Shown here one piece after another: positions 1 through 8,879 of a stretch of 32,298 bases of DNA. Origin of the DNA: a virus (taxonomy: Duplodnaviria > Caudoviricetes); IMG/VR virus record IMGVR_UViG_3300007541_000102, positions 1 to 32,298 of that record; one strand, given 5' to 3'. The position numbers and the translations under genes were made by a program. The notes beneath the pieces are model-generated. The model was not told the origin of the DNA. It made no database searches and saw only the letters and a list, made by a program, of their open reading frames with translations. Within the stretch, counting starts at the first letter, position 1. Every line of letters begins with the position of its first letter.

Positions 1-535
1 TATGATATCCACCGAATGTTTTTGATTCGTCAACCACCCATTCACCGTAGTACTGTTCTTCCCAACTATCCAATGTCTTTTGTTCAAACGCAAAGATCAT
101 TTCATCTAGCACCCAGTCCCAACGTTGGAAATGCAAGTCATCAACTGCGCCACAGTCTTTTTCTTTCTGTGTAAGTTCTGGTGCGCTAGTTGACTTCAGG
201 TGCTTTGGTACATCCTTGTCGTCAACGAAAGGAGCACCATGCTTGGTAGCCTTGAGTTGTTTCAACATAGGCAGCACGATTAGTGCTAAGGTATGATCCA
301 TTGACCAAGTGTCCCAAGGATCAATGTGTACCTTTATCTTTCGTTGACGCCTGTCAAACCACAACCTGTTGAACACGTTGTACACATCTTGAATACGATC
401 ATCAATCCATTCCAAACGATCTTCAAATTTGCTTTGCTTGTTAGGATAATCTACAAAACCATATTTCTTATCCATATAGTTTCTGTAAAGATTGCACATT
501 AACCTGTCTGAATACTTGCCGATCTTAACTCGCAT
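1..535 (-). CDS. Conserved phage hypothetical protein (3'-truncated by window edge)
   Basis: Not in the ORF track; my translation from ATG at 535 gives MRVKIGKYSDRL...IKVHIDPWDTWSMDHTLALIVLPMLKQLKATKHGAP...RWDWVLDEMIFAF, open to position 1. It overlaps the end of the upstream gene and has an AGGAG RBS. Confidence 0.8.
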   Translation of the reverse strand, partial: MRVKIGKYSDRLMCNLYRNYMDKKYGFVDYPNKQSKFEDRLEWIDDRIQDVYNVFNRLWFDRRQRKIKVHIDPWDTWSMDHTLALIVLPMLKQLKATKHGAPFVDDKDVPKHLKSTSAPELTQKEKDCGAVDDLHFQRWDWVLDEMIFAFEQKTLDSWEEQYYGEWVVDESKTFGGYH

Positions 536-1061
536 TTCGAATCTCCTCAATGTTGATTGGAGTATAGTCAATATGTTCTACGCAAACAACCCTATGGTTG
601 GGAGTAGGACTCTGGTTCTGGTGAATGTGACCATGCACGTTCAAAACCGTTTCAAAGTTGCGGAATCGACCTTCGCCGAAAACAGACTCGTGTAATGGGA
701 TATGAGTAAGGATCAAACCAAACTCAGGGAACATTCGCCACACATCAATCTTGGCGACCAATTCGTGCTTTGCAAAGAACTTGGCATCATCGTGGTTACC
801 CAAAATAAGTCTCTTCTGACCGTTGAGTTTCTTCCACAAAGGAATGAATGTTTCTTTAGAACCAAAGAACACATCCCCAAGATGATACACCTTGTCTCCA
901 GGCTTCACAACACTGTTCCAGTTTTCGATCATGGCTTCATCCATCTCTTTTACGGACGAAAACCTTGCACCACGAATTAAACTACCATCACGGTCTGTAA
1001 ATTTGAGAATGTTTTCGTGTTGGAAGTGGGTATCACTGATAACCCAAATGTTTCTGCTCAT
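525..1061 (-). CDS. Calcineurin-like metallophosphoesterase
   Basis: All metallophosphoesterase motifs are present: SDTH, HLGD, GNHD, THIP, NVHGHIH. Confidence 0.9.
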   Translation of the reverse strand: MSRNIWVISDTHFQHENILKFTDRDGSLIRGARFSSVKEMDEAMIENWNSVVKPGDKVYHLGDVFFGSKETFIPLWKKLNGQKRLILGNHDDAKFFAKHELVAKIDVWRMFPEFGLILTHIPLHESVFGEGRFRNFETVLNVHGHIHQNQSPTPNHRVVCVEHIDYTPINIEEIRNAS

Positions 1062-1064
1062 GAT

Positions 1065-1757
1065 CTATTTCCAGTAGTTTTTTGTAGCTCCAGTATCAAA
1101 GTCGAATCCCCAGTACTCAACATCCTTTGCATACCAATCAGCTACGATCTCTATTGTTTTTTCATTATACATCGATTGATATGGGTTTGTCAAGAGCCCA
1201 GTTACATTTCTTGGTTCAGGATTTGATAAAATTCCAAAGTAAGACTTGACATCATCGTTGTAGTGTTCGAACCTCAAGATGTCACATTTAACGTTACCCT
1301 CTTCATCCGACACGTGATCAAAGGCAGGATACCATCCACGAACTGCCCTGTGCCACATGTATTCCTGTCCACCCCACTTATGACGTTCTTCTAGGAAGGC
1401 TTCAAACGAGGATACGTCCGCATAGTCTTTCTTACCGTAGACGTTGGAATCTCGTTCTACCTCAATAACCTTCTTTGCAAACCAATAACGAGAAACCACT
1501 CTATCCCAAGGGTTGCGAACAATGGCAAATGCGGGATAGTTGGTTCTAATCCCGATATTGATATCTCGCCACCGTGCATGTTCATATCCCATTTCATCAC
1601 CAGTTTCTCGCATCTTTTTTACGAGACCACCAGTATATGCGGGATCAATATGATTATCGGGTGTCGCTAGAATAACCTTCGAACGTAACTGTGGATGTTT
1701 ACGAATCGTCATACCGCCATTCTTGGGGATATGAATGAAGAGTTTCTTACCCAGCAT
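1065..1757 (-). CDS. Sulfotransferase family 2 (carbohydrate sulfotransferase-like) protein
   Basis: 5'-PSB motif FIHIPKNGG, 3'-PB motif VRNPWDRVVS, and a typical C-terminal RFE...YAKDVEYWGF. Confidence 0.85.
   Translation of the reverse strand: MLGKKLFIHIPKNGGMTIRKHPQLRSKVILATPDNHIDPAYTGGLVKKMRETGDEMGYEHARWRDINIGIRTNYPAFAIVRNPWDRVVSRYWFAKKVIEVERDSNVYGKKDYADVSSFEAFLEERHKWGGQEYMWHRAVRGWYPAFDHVSDEEGNVKCDILRFEHYNDDVKSYFGILSNPEPRNVTGLLTNPYQSMYNEKTIEIVADWYAKDVEYWGFDFDTGATKNYWK
1164..1193 (-). promoter_or_regulatory. Sigma70-type promoter TTGACA-N18-TATAAT inside the sulfotransferase 3' end, upstream of the phosphoesterase
   Basis: Minus strand reads TTGACA AACCCATATCAATCGATG TATAAT: perfect hexamers, and the same TTGACAAAC start as the promoter at 23260-23289. 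Confidence 0.7.
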
Positions 1758-2406
1758 GTTGAATTCTTAGAATATAACAATCCGGAACAATTTCGGTAAA
1801 TCCCTTTTTGTTCTTCTTGACTTCTCGACTATAGTCATAGTGTTTAAGATTATAGTTGGAAGTTTCCAACAAAGTCATTAACCGGATATGTTCACCCATA
1901 TTGTACCTATCTAAATTTTTCTGAACCCAAGGTTGTTGGAAGGTATTACCTTTGTCCAACATCCAAACGTCTTCAATAAAATAAGAACCCGTCTTCGACA
2001 AGAATTGCATACAGTTCTGGAAAGTCAGTCGATTCGCTGCAGGCCAGTGTGCGCCATCATCAATGATGAATTCGAACTCAATGTCTTGACCCCACGCCTT
2101 TTTGATTGCGTTAGGGAGACTAGCATTTGTACTATCATACTTCATCCACTTAACACGTTCATCCTTTAAGACCTCAAGATCATTTGGGTTTGTTCTTTCA
2201 AAGATGTCGATGGTGTAAATGGTGGCATGAGGAAAATACTCCAACCATGCAGCAGTACTCTCGGCACGGAAACAACCGATTTCCAGAATGTTAATCTGGT
2301 CATCTTTCTTGTCTTCCATGTATGGTTCATAAACCCTATCGTAACTGTGTTTAGAAGAACCCTTGTCACACTTGTACAGATCAAATAAATCTCTTAACGT
2401 TCCCAT
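1747..2406 (-). CDS. Class I SAM-dependent methyltransferase (sugar O-methyltransferase/Methyltransf_24-like)
   Basis: Motifs DKG..H.Y...Y, ILEIG, IYTIDI, IIDDGAH and YFIEDV. Confidence 0.8.
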   Translation of the reverse strand: MGTLRDLFDLYKCDKGSSKHSYDRVYEPYMEDKKDDQINILEIGCFRAESTAAWLEYFPHATIYTIDIFERTNPNDLEVLKDERVKWMKYDSTNASLPNAIKKAWGQDIEFEFIIDDGAHWPAANRLTFQNCMQFLSKTGSYFIEDVWMLDKGNTFQQPWVQKNLDRYNMGEHIRLMTLLETSNYNLKHYDYSREVKKNKKGFTEIVPDCYILRIQHAG

Positions 2407-2924
2407 TTTACATACATCCTATTTCTATCAGGCATAAATTCAGTTACTTTATAACCCGTCTCACGGGCTAACATAAAATGATCAAGGATGTGCCAGTTGT
2501 AGAACGGAATGTCCCCTACTCTACTGTTACCATGATCTCTATGGCCGGGATTACATCTCCAGTAAATCCTCGACTTTTCTTTCATCGCTTTCGATACACT
2601 ATAAACCTGTTCACGAATAAGTGTTAGATCACCAAAGTTGATACTACCCAAACAAAACGCAACATCAAACTTTTCGTCCGTCTCATAGTCTTCGATTGCG
2701 ACTACTTCATCTGCTCCAATATCAGTAATGTCGATACCGTGCAGATTAGGTATGTGACGTTTAAAAGGGTTAACACCGCAGCCCACATCAAGAACCGTTT
2801 CGCCTTCCTGTATCTCGTCAATTAATCTAAATCCTGTCCAGTAATATTGGTCAAGTCCCGCAGTGCGAGAACTAGGCCATGTGTTTGTAAAGTAATCCTT
2901 CAGAAAATCATAATGTGGGTTCAT
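2394..2924 (-). CDS. Class I SAM-dependent methyltransferase
   Basis: Motif I VLDVGCG, then GIDI and FDVAFCLGSI. Probable start is MNPHYDF (2924); the ORF track extends to 2978. Confidence 0.8.
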   Translation of the reverse strand: MNPHYDFLKDYFTNTWPSSRTAGLDQYYWTGFRLIDEIQEGETVLDVGCGVNPFKRHIPNLHGIDITDIGADEVVAIEDYETDEKFDVAFCLGSINFGDLTLIREQVYSVSKAMKEKSRIYWRCNPGHRDHGNSRVGDIPFYNWHILDHFMLARETGYKVTEFMPDRNRMYVKWER

Positions 2925-3531
2925 AGATATAGACTTTAACGTCCTTCTTTTCATACTCTTCGACAAATTCAACTCCAATGGTACTCATACCAAGTGCGTC
3001 AAGCAAACTAATGTTATCTTTTACTTCTTTAATATTATCTTTTTGGTTATATATGAACTTCATTATCCCAGAGTTCTGCAACTGAATTTGTGCAAACATA
3101 TTCTTTTGGTTCATATACCAACTGTAATTGGGGTACTTAATATTGAACCCACCAGCTTCATTCCACCACCTCCAACATTCATAGTCATTACGATAGACTA
3201 GAACAATGCGATATCGTCTATAACTGTTAAGTTTTGTGGCGAGTGTATGTGACTTGATAAGTCGATAACCCTCAGCATCAGGGGCAAAGGGCAGATCAAA
3301 CGAGGATTTGGAAAGGGGGAATTCCATCCGTGGATCGAAATATGACCCAGAATGTAATTGAGACTTGTTATGATTATAACTTCTATCCGAAGACTGATCA
3401 GAGGTATCAAAGTCCTCTGACCCGTAGATGCTATTAGCTACTCCACTCCATCGGCTGCCGGGCGCACCCGTGAATAGAATATATCTACTTTCGTTCCACT
3501 TTGGGTCTAATTCCGTTCCAGACGTGTTCAT
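2908..3531 (-). CDS. Hypothetical protein, divergent sulfotransferase/P-loop-like fold
   Basis: N-terminal strand and loop ILFTGAPGSRWSG, internal LIKSH and IVLVYRN, resembling the 5'-PSB, KxH and 3'-PB elements. Confidence 0.55.
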   Translation of the reverse strand: MNTSGTELDPKWNESRYILFTGAPGSRWSGVANSIYGSEDFDTSDQSSDRSYNHNKSQLHSGSYFDPRMEFPLSKSSFDLPFAPDAEGYRLIKSHTLATKLNSYRRYRIVLVYRNDYECWRWWNEAGGFNIKYPNYSWYMNQKNMFAQIQLQNSGIMKFIYNQKDNIKEVKDNISLLDALGMSTIGVEFVEEYEKKDVKVYIYEPTL

Positions 3532-4126
3532 CTAACCAATGTTCCTCAACATAATCAACGTATTTACTATTCTGATCGGCCGCAAGAATATAATCAATTC
3601 TCGAATCATCATATGCAATTGGAAAGTCCAAAGTCTTGGACAACCATTTAAGATACATACCTTTATGTAGATACAAAGTTTCGTGTGATATAAACGCAAA
3701 CTTAGCATCTAGATTCATAAAGTATCGCATCGCTGTGGGGAGTGTAATTTCTCCCCGAACACGAGCCTGTTGTAGAGAGTTGATATTACGATCTCTACAA
3801 ATGATACAGACCGTTACATCATACCCTGCATCTTCGGCCTCGTAAACCACTTCCTGAATTGCGGGAATGGTCTTTACACCATCATAAACAAAGGGAACAC
3901 TGACATTCGCAACCATAAGGTTGTGTTTCAACATCTGTTTGGTTTTACTAGGATCGACCCAGCAGTCCGCAAAAGGCTCTTCATCACTAGGTATCCAGTA
4001 CTTGTCTCCAAAGTTCCATCCAGTGACATCCGAATGTAACGCAAAGATTTTACTGAACAGGTGATTGCCACTTCCCTGTGGGCCTGTTATGATAAGAAGT
4101 TTTTTAGACTCTTTGTTGACCGACAT
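3485..4126 (-). CDS. Hypothetical protein, divergent sulfotransferase/P-loop-like fold
   Basis: LLIITGPQGSGNHL loop, IICRD and FISHETL (compare hh.YEdL of sulfotransferases). Confidence 0.55.
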   Translation of the reverse strand: MSVNKESKKLLIITGPQGSGNHLFSKIFALHSDVTGWNFGDKYWIPSDEEPFADCWVDPSKTKQMLKHNLMVANVSVPFVYDGVKTIPAIQEVVYEAEDAGYDVTVCIICRDRNINSLQQARVRGEITLPTAMRYFMNLDAKFAFISHETLYLHKGMYLKWLSKTLDFPIAYDDSRIDYILAADQNSKYVDYVEEHWLDEHVWNGIRPKVERK

Positions 4127-4790
4127 ATGTACGTACTTTCAATGGGTTCACTTCATCTGTAGGGCCTGTTCCACTGTCGGGAGCAAACACAAACAACATT
4201 ACATCTTCACCCTTACTACACATGAAGTTGTGAAGGGTGTTCCTTTCCATAACAAACACATCCCCTGTCTCAATAGGAAAGAACTTCCCATTGTCAAGTT
4301 CGATCTCTCCACTACCCTGTAGAATCAAACCGATTCTTTGACTTGGGTGAGTGTGTAGAGTCTGTTTCATTCCGGCGGGAAAGTGTACGTAGTTAATAAC
4401 AGGGAGCCCCAAACGGCCAGGATTTACGGCCACGGTGTTGGTTCCACCATCCATATAAGATAGATTGCCACATGAGGATCGACCAACTAACGGTTGTTCA
4501 GGCAAGAAAATTCTGTCATCGTTCATGGACAGTCCGTAAAAGGAAATGTCCACAACCGTGGAATCCTTGTCCCAACATTCGATTGTTGTAGGTAGATTGC
4601 ACTGTGCGGCAAACATACTGTCGGCAATCTGATACCGGCCGTTTTTAATACCAGCATTCATGCCCATCACATAGTGAGTATAACCATATTCTAAAGGTTG
4701 TTGAACCCACTCATCCTTGTAAACCTTTACCTTATATCTCCAGAGATCGTTAACCTCAATCTCTTCACAATTAGCAACGTTGTACATCAT
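4104..4790 (-). CDS. Cupin-domain protein
   Basis: C-terminal cupin motifs HTHPSQRIGLILQGSG and GDVFVMERNTLHNF. Confidence 0.8.
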   Translation of the reverse strand: MMYNVANCEEIEVNDLWRYKVKVYKDEWVQQPLEYGYTHYVMGMNAGIKNGRYQIADSMFAAQCNLPTTIECWDKDSTVVDISFYGLSMNDDRIFLPEQPLVGRSSCGNLSYMDGGTNTVAVNPGRLGLPVINYVHFPAGMKQTLHTHPSQRIGLILQGSGEIELDNGKFFPIETGDVFVMERNTLHNFMCSKGEDVMLFVFAPDSGTGPTDEVNPLKVRTYVGQQRV

Positions 4791-5356
4791 ATCTTTAATC
4801 CTGTAACTTCTAAAATTTCAGGTGGAATAAAAGTCTCTTCCATTCTCTCAGGGTGCCACACAATGGCACAAATGTTATCTTTAATCCATGATTCTACATC
4901 ACCTTCGGGGTCTGTGGCAAGCACTACTGAACCAATAGGTGGAGTTCTAATCCAGATATCATGAAAACTATTTACCATGTAAGGCCGTCCTTGATAAAAG
5001 ACGTTGTGATCACTAATAAAGTGTCTCTCCTTAATTCTCTCACCTTCTACCTCTCCACCAAGAATAGACGTGAGAAGAAACGCCCCATGACAAATGCCAA
5101 GGACGGGTTTTCCATTAGTCACCATTTCGGTAGCGAGATTTACTTCGGTGATGATTCGAATGTCTTCGTTTCTACCACCAGTGATAATCAGAAGATCGAT
5201 ATCTTCTGCGATAGTTTCATAATCTAAGTCTTCACGATTTGGGATAGGAATGAGTTCATGACCCTTTAAGAACTTGTACCAATTGTGTTCTAAAGCGTCA
5301 TGAACTATTCCAGTGTTAGGAAACGTGAGGACTCGTTGAGTGAGTCCGATTTTCAT
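4787..5356 (-). CDS. Class I glutamine amidotransferase-like / peptidase C26 (gamma-glutamyl hydrolase, Cj1417-like)
   Basis: IGLTQR, ITGG, nucleophile elbow PVLGICHG, VNSFH and WHPER (Cys-His-Glu triad). Confidence 0.85.
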   Translation of the reverse strand: MKIGLTQRVLTFPNTGIVHDALEHNWYKFLKGHELIPIPNREDLDYETIAEDIDLLIITGGRNEDIRIITEVNLATEMVTNGKPVLGICHGAFLLTSILGGEVEGERIKERHFISDHNVFYQGRPYMVNSFHDIWIRTPPIGSVVLATDPEGDVESWIKDNICAIVWHPERMEETFIPPEILEVTGLKI

Positions 5357-5359
5357 GAT

Positions 5360-6058
5360 CTACCAACCGTAGGCTTCGTTTACGAGTTCACGTGATCCAG
5401 TTGCTTCAACTGTGTTCTTACATGAGATTTCAAAAAGGTCTTTACGCATACCTTCGACCACACGTTGGACACGTTCCTGAGTCTCAGCGTCTGTTGCAAG
5501 TTTACGTAACTTGTATCCACCAATTGCACTGTGGAAACCTTCGTCCTTGGCAATCTCACGATAACGAGTTGAGATGAATGAGTCTTGAATGGTGTCAGCC
5601 ATCTGATTCCAGACAGCTTCCGCACGGCCTTCTGCAACTAACTGATATGCAGCGAGAACCGCTTCGTCTGTCTCTGCACCATACTTCTGCAAGAGAGTTG
5701 CACCCTTAGCGGTGTCCATCTCACGTTCTTTACGAATAGCATCAGCGGCATCGATCTCTGAACCAGTAATGTGTTCGATAACTTCCTTGACCATGCGATA
5801 GTGTTTCGCTTCGTCTGCGGCCTGTTTCGACAACAGTTCCAGTTCTTTGGGGTCTGTATCGTCAGCAGCTTTTGCAATCTGCATTGAAATCTCAGACATG
5901 TTCATACGCTCATTGACCATACGACCAATGAAATGATTGACCATTTCCTCTTTAGGAAGGTCACCTTCAAAGTACGCCTTGACATTCATCTTGGACGCTT
6001 CGAAGAGGGCTTGATTTTCTTTGCGAATCTTCTTCACAAATTCGTTTGGTTCTAACAT
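5360..6058 (-). CDS. Ferritin-like di-iron carboxylate protein
   Basis: All-helical, with ligand pattern E (NERMN)...DEAKH...E (AEGRA)...DEGFH. Strong TAAGGAG RBS. Confidence 0.8.
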   Translation of the reverse strand: MLEPNEFVKKIRKENQALFEASKMNVKAYFEGDLPKEEMVNHFIGRMVNERMNMSEISMQIAKAADDTDPKELELLSKQAADEAKHYRMVKEVIEHITGSEIDAADAIRKEREMDTAKGATLLQKYGAETDEAVLAAYQLVAEGRAEAVWNQMADTIQDSFISTRYREIAKDEGFHSAIGGYKLRKLATDAETQERVQRVVEGMRKDLFEISCKNTVEATGSRELVNEAYGW

Positions 6059-6107
6059 AATAGGCTCCTTATTGTTTCACGCTTTTAATATAGACAATCA
6101 CCAATGT

Positions 6108-6115
6108 TATTTATA
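6108..6115 (-). promoter_or_regulatory. T4-type late promoter TATAAATA
   Basis: Exact TATAAATA 50 bp upstream of the ferritin-like start, overlapping the stop of the upstream gene. Confidence 0.8.
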
Positions 6116-6908
6116 AAAATTCTCGTTCAAACTTCTCAATCAATTCATAGTTTCTATCGGTATATTCTGCGATCTCTGTTGAGAAGTCATCGAATATAGT
6201 ATCGGTTTTCTTTCCGTTTAAAAACAAGTCTGCATAATTAACTATCTTCAGTTCACTATACTTAGTAATTTCTTCAGGGTAGTATATACCGCTTCTATCT
6301 ACGTTAGTATTTCTATCCCATCTTTCCTTATCAGAATATCTAGCCCGTTCTCCCCGTTCCATATATTCTTGATATATCTTTCTCATGGCATCAACAACAA
6401 AGTCTTCAGAAAGATCATATCCCCTCTCTGTGATAGTTCTTACTATATCGGAAGAGGCTTTACTGAAAGGGTCTATACTATCATATCTTTTTATGAAATC
6501 AACAAACCCAATCTGTTCAAAACGGTCTTTAAACTTTTCCTCAAACTCTGGAACTCTACCCAGATATTTCTTCATGAAGAAAAGTTCTTGTGTGAAATAA
6601 AAAGACTCGTCATCGCTTACATCGATCTGATAGGTAACCGGACAGTCATAATAAGGTAGATATTTGTGTATGTTTATTTTAGCAACAATTATCGACTTAT
6701 CATTTACATCCAAGGCCTCTTCGGTGTTGTCAACAAACACACACTCCCTTGCACCACCATATTCATTATGGGTTACGTTTCTATGACAGCCGGGGTTTGT
6801 AGGATAGTTACCCGACTCTTCAATGGGAGTAGGATATAACAACTCTGTGAGAAACATTCCACCCGAACCAGAAGGGTAACACAACCCCATTCTTACCTTG
6901 GGTTTCAT
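6111..6908 (-). CDS. Hypothetical protein with N-terminal Gly-rich loop (possibly sulfotransferase-like fold)
   Basis: 265 aa ORF with LCYPSGSGGMFL, a late IVNYADLF motif, and an ATGA overlap with the upstream glycosyltransferase. Confidence 0.6.
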   Translation of the reverse strand: MKPKVRMGLCYPSGSGGMFLTELLYPTPIEESGNYPTNPGCHRNVTHNEYGGARECVFVDNTEEALDVNDKSIIVAKINIHKYLPYYDCPVTYQIDVSDDESFYFTQELFFMKKYLGRVPEFEEKFKDRFEQIGFVDFIKRYDSIDPFSKASSDIVRTITERGYDLSEDFVVDAMRKIYQEYMERGERARYSDKERWDRNTNVDRSGIYYPEEITKYSELKIVNYADLFLNGKKTDTIFDDFSTEIAEYTDRNYELIEKFEREFL

Positions 6909-7690
6909 ATTTGTCTCATCAAAGATTTTACATCCTCACCCTTATTAGGCAGTTTGTCCTTCAAGAAGAAATGCACAAAGTGACATTCCTTGATACGACT
7001 GTTTGCGGTATACAGACCATTCCATTTCCAGTGCATTCTCTTGAATGGTACGTTGTACTTTCTCACAAACGTATTCAGAAGAGTCTGGTCAGTACTCCAC
7101 TTCCAAGGGCCAACACCATCAACAAAGTCCTTGAACTCTGCACGTTGGAGGAACTGTTTTCCCGACTGTCCTTTTAGATAGGGTAGGAAACTTTCAGAGT
7201 TTAAAAGAATGACCCCCATATTTGCAAACTCAAACCCCAGTTGATTTAACTTGAAGTCTGTTTTGTTATTGTGTAGATGACCATACTGCATACGAGAATA
7301 GTTAATGATCTTTTCTCTGTACCAGTTTTCGATAGGCATCTCACGTTCGATGACAGCACCAAAGGCCTTGTCCGTCCCAAAGTCATCAAAGACATTAGGA
7401 GCTTCTGGACGAATGTAGATGTCTGCATCGATGATTGCAATCTGATCATAGTCATTCAGATAGTCAAATGCAACTTCCTTCTCAAAGATAGGAAGATACC
7501 CGCCATACTTCTCGTATGACTCTTTACTCCGACCACTGTTGAAGGGATCGGGTTTGATACGATAAACGGGTTCTCTCTGTACTATATGTCCAATGCCATG
7601 ATTCTTACAATAGTTCGATACACTCTCAATACAGTGTTCGTATAGTTTGGACGGTTTACCTACAGCAACCTGATAAATTAATCTCTTCAC
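6905..7690 (-). CDS. GT-A fold glycosyltransferase (GT8/GT34-like)
   Basis: DxD motif IIDADI, NMGVILLN, TDQTLLN, KWN and HFVHF. Confidence 0.85.
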   Translation of the reverse strand: MKRLIYQVAVGKPSKLYEHCIESVSNYCKNHGIGHIVQREPVYRIKPDPFNSGRSKESYEKYGGYLPIFEKEVAFDYLNDYDQIAIIDADIYIRPEAPNVFDDFGTDKAFGAVIEREMPIENWYREKIINYSRMQYGHLHNNKTDFKLNQLGFEFANMGVILLNSESFLPYLKGQSGKQFLQRAEFKDFVDGVGPWKWSTDQTLLNTFVRKYNVPFKRMHWKWNGLYTANSRIKECHFVHFFLKDKLPNKGEDVKSLMRQI

Positions 7691-7902
7691 AACACCTTCT
7701 TCACTTCATAATTAAAAGGGACTTCAACACTCAGGGTGATCATATAACCCTCAACCGATACACCCCTCAGATATGTGTTATTGATCTTCTCAATCTTTTT
7801 TAGTTTATATAAGGTCTTTGCGGAAGGGTCAGCGTCATACCAGATTGTGATGTGGTATTCTTCTAACAACAATTTCCTGACCCAGTTAATTAAGGTTTTC
7901 AT
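7687..7902 (-). CDS. Hypothetical protein
   Basis: 71 aa with 4-bp overlaps at both ends and a GGAGG RBS. Confidence 0.7.
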   Translation of the reverse strand: MKTLINWVRKLLLEEYHITIWYDADPSAKTLYKLKKIEKINNTYLRGVSVEGYMITLSVEVPFNYEVKKVL

Positions 7903-8879
7903 TTAACCTCCCTATAATCGTTTAGATTGAATTCTGTTCCAATCATCTTGTGTAATCCACGATCATGATTAGTATACACCAAAACCTCTGGATCGTCAAG
8001 AAGAAAGTCACAGTTTTTACAGTAGTCTGGATAATTTCCTGTGCGATGTCCTTGTCTTAATGCAGAGTATTCTTCTCCACGGATGACTTCTTCGATGGTG
8101 TTTTCTGAGCAGTGTCCGAGAACGGCTTCTTCGTCTCTTCCGAGGACTTGACAGCAAGGATGAACAGCACCTCTTTTACCATCAAGACCACCAGCACGAA
8201 TAACAACATCAGGGCTAAAAGGTCTGCCACAAGTCTTTACCTCTCCTTTACGGGCATTCTTTCCAATGTCCCATGCACCACTCCAATTGTGCATCTTCCA
8301 TATTTCTGTTTTAACACCAAGTTCATCAACCAATTCTATGTATTGTTGGAGTTCTTCTTCCAGATTTTCATTATCTGTTATAAGATGATATGTCTCGACT
8401 ATGCAGTTACTACCTGTCTCATCAACGTACTCTTTCATGGCACGAATGTTTTCTTTGATCAGATGGTAGTTACTGCCCCTTGTATTGTACATCCACTTTT
8501 GGTAGAGTTCAGGTGTAGGGCCAATGAATGAGAAACGAAAGAAATCCAATCCTGCATCCACACAGTCTTTCATGAACTGGCCACGCATATTGAAACCGTT
8601 AGAGAAGATAACCGCCTGTGCGTTATACTTCTTCACGATCTTAATATATTCAGGAAGAATCCGATTCAGGGTGGCTTCACCCGAACCGTCCAGATTGACC
8701 ACACGAAGACCGTGCTTTGCACAATCTGCGACATAGGTTTCAAATTCGAAAAGGGACATCTTAGTCAGAAACCCCTTATGTCTTCCCCCAGTTCTCTTAT
8801 CTTGCGGACACATAGAACAGTCAAAGTTGCAACCACCCTGCACTTCGATGACGGCTCTATCGATCTTTATGTCGCCCAT
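7899..8879 (-). CDS. Radical SAM enzyme with SPASM/twitch auxiliary Fe-S domain
   Basis: CNFDCSMC (CxxxCxxC), GSGEA and SNG; C-terminal CGRPF...HPCC...LG...CKNC. Confidence 0.9.
   Translation of the reverse strand: MGDIKIDRAVIEVQGGCNFDCSMCPQDKRTGGRHKGFLTKMSLFEFETYVADCAKHGLRVVNLDGSGEATLNRILPEYIKIVKKYNAQAVIFSNGFNMRGQFMKDCVDAGLDFFRFSFIGPTPELYQKWMYNTRGSNYHLIKENIRAMKEYVDETGSNCIVETYHLITDNENLEEELQQYIELVDELGVKTEIWKMHNWSGAWDIGKNARKGEVKTCGRPFSPDVVIRAGGLDGKRGAVHPCCQVLGRDEEAVLGHCSENTIEEVIRGEEYSALRQGHRTGNYPDYCKNCDFLLDDPEVLVYTNHDRGLHKMIGTEFNLNDYREVK

Noticed and set aside
4104-4790. DMSP lyase (DddK/W/Q-type cupin)
   Set aside because: The motif has HxHxxxR rather than HxHxxxE, and nothing else supports that substrate.
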